This document shows positions 63,365 to 64,000 of a stretch of 64,000 bases of DNA, piece after piece. The translations under genes and the position numbers were made by a program. The notes beneath the pieces were generated by a model. That model worked only from the letters and a program-made list of their open reading frames with translations, searched no databases and was not told the DNA's origin. The stretch is taken from positions 899,015 to 963,014 of the forward strand of contig OZ244940.1 of assembly GCA_965222035.1 (NCBI GenBank). Reading direction: 5' to 3'. The DNA is from Candidatus Amphirhobacter sp. Its GTDB lineage: Bacteria; Pseudomonadota; Gammaproteobacteria; Tethybacterales; Tethybacteraceae. How positions within the stretch are numbered: position 1 is the first letter of the stretch; the number at the start of each line of letters is the position of its first letter.

Positions 63365-64000
63365 TTAGGCGGCAGGAGCGGCCGCGAGGCGCCGCAGGCC
63401 CTCGAGCAGCTCGGCGCGGCTGACATTGCCGACATACTGCAGCAGCTTGCGGCCGTCAGCGCCGCGGATGACGATGGCGGGCGGGCCGAACAGGCGGTTG
63501 AGCGCGAGCAGGCGGCGGGTGTCGGCGGTGCTCTTGGTTACGTCGATCTTGACCAGGCGATAGCCAGCGAGCGCATCCTTGATGTCGGGGTCGCCGAAGA
63601 CGTAGGCATCGATCTCGACGCAGGTCACGCACCAGTCGGCGGTGTAGTACTCCAACGTCGGGCGCCCGGCGGCAACCTGGATGCCGGCGTTGTAGGAGCG
63701 CATGGTCGCGACGGTTTCGAAAGCGAGCGATTCGTCCGCGCGCAGGTGCGCGAGCGGCGCGAGCTCATTGGTCCCGCCGGTCGATCCTCCGACGGCCATG
63801 ACGCCGGCGAGGCTGGCTGATGCCAGCATGCACAACGCCGCGGCCGCGCGGGCGGGCGTGGTCTGGACACCGCCGCGCAGCAGGCTCAGCAGCCACCAGC
63901 ATGCAACCAGCGCCAGGGCGGCGTAGGCCAGCATCTTGATCCATGCGGGCAGCAAGCCGCCGAGCACCCACACGCCGAGTCCGAGCAGCAGCAGGCCGAA
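63365..64000 (-). CDS. thiol:disulfide interchange protein DsbD-like, C-terminal membrane + thioredoxin domain (N-terminal part beyond window end)
   Basis: WCVTC thioredoxin-fold CxxC active site, TM segments; frame open to window edge. Confidence 0.6.
   Translation of the reverse strand, partial: FGLLLLGLGVWVLGGLLPAWIKMLAYAALALVACWWLLSLLRGGVQTTPARAAAALCMLASASLAGVMAVGGSTGGTNELAPLAHLRADESLAFETVATMRSYNAGIQVAAGRPTLEYYTADWCVTCVEIDAYVFGDPDIKDALAGYRLVKIDVTKSTADTRRLLALNRLFGPPAIVIRGADGRKLLQYVGNVSRAELLEGLRRLAAAPAA

Overview
This is a high-GC (about 68%) proteobacterial chromosome segment that is mostly housekeeping and catabolic genes. Core content: a sugar/sugar-acid catabolic cluster (Gfo/Idh/MocA, sugar-phosphate isomerase, two SDRs, ADC-family, RhaM mutarotase, enolase-superfamily dehydratase, amidohydrolase, RidA); an M81/MlrC-like peptidase with a GH20 hexosaminidase; a CUT1-type sugar ABC transporter; vsr, rpiB-pfkB, tRNA-Ser(GGA), oadA/pycB, anmK; an MFS Bcr/CflA pump, a GT2 with a PolB-like exonuclease, AstE/AspA with a GCS2 ligase, BI-1, ispD, ubiB, hemCDX..Y, an Aas-like protein, fba, glpK, trpB2, tRNA-Thr(CGT), gltBD with a coupled ABC-2-like pair, an ALDH, thuAB-like genes and a DsbD C-terminus. 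Several small low-GC islets are embedded in this backbone and are the most interesting part. (1) A 2.2-kb insert bounded by 76-bp direct repeats that duplicate the 3' end of the enolase-family gene. It carries a gamma-class NPPF DNA methyltransferase plus two tandem paralogous 165-aa proteins with PD-(D/E)xK-like E..D..EVK motifs, a candidate compact R-M system. (2) A single Schlafen/AlbA_2 + HATPase_c_4 (COG2865) gene islet. (3) Two tandem, mosaic three-gene cassettes: a Panacea/DUF4065 antitoxin-like gene, a two-TM acidic membrane protein, and a 56-aa TM peptide. Each has its own leaderless promoter, and the first cassette's peptide has decayed. (4) Two lower-GC membrane-protein genes, one a 603-aa DUF883/ElaB-like protein with 180-bp tandem repeats, inserted between hemX and hemY. 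(5) Two tandem promoter-ORF-terminator cassettes encoding glycine-rich peptides that share an N[WY]PSTTGNPSG.GR motif. (6) A low-GC islet next to gltB with a T4 endonuclease VII-like gene and three tandem paralogous lysine-tailed small proteins. No rRNA, CRISPR array, transposase or integrase was seen.
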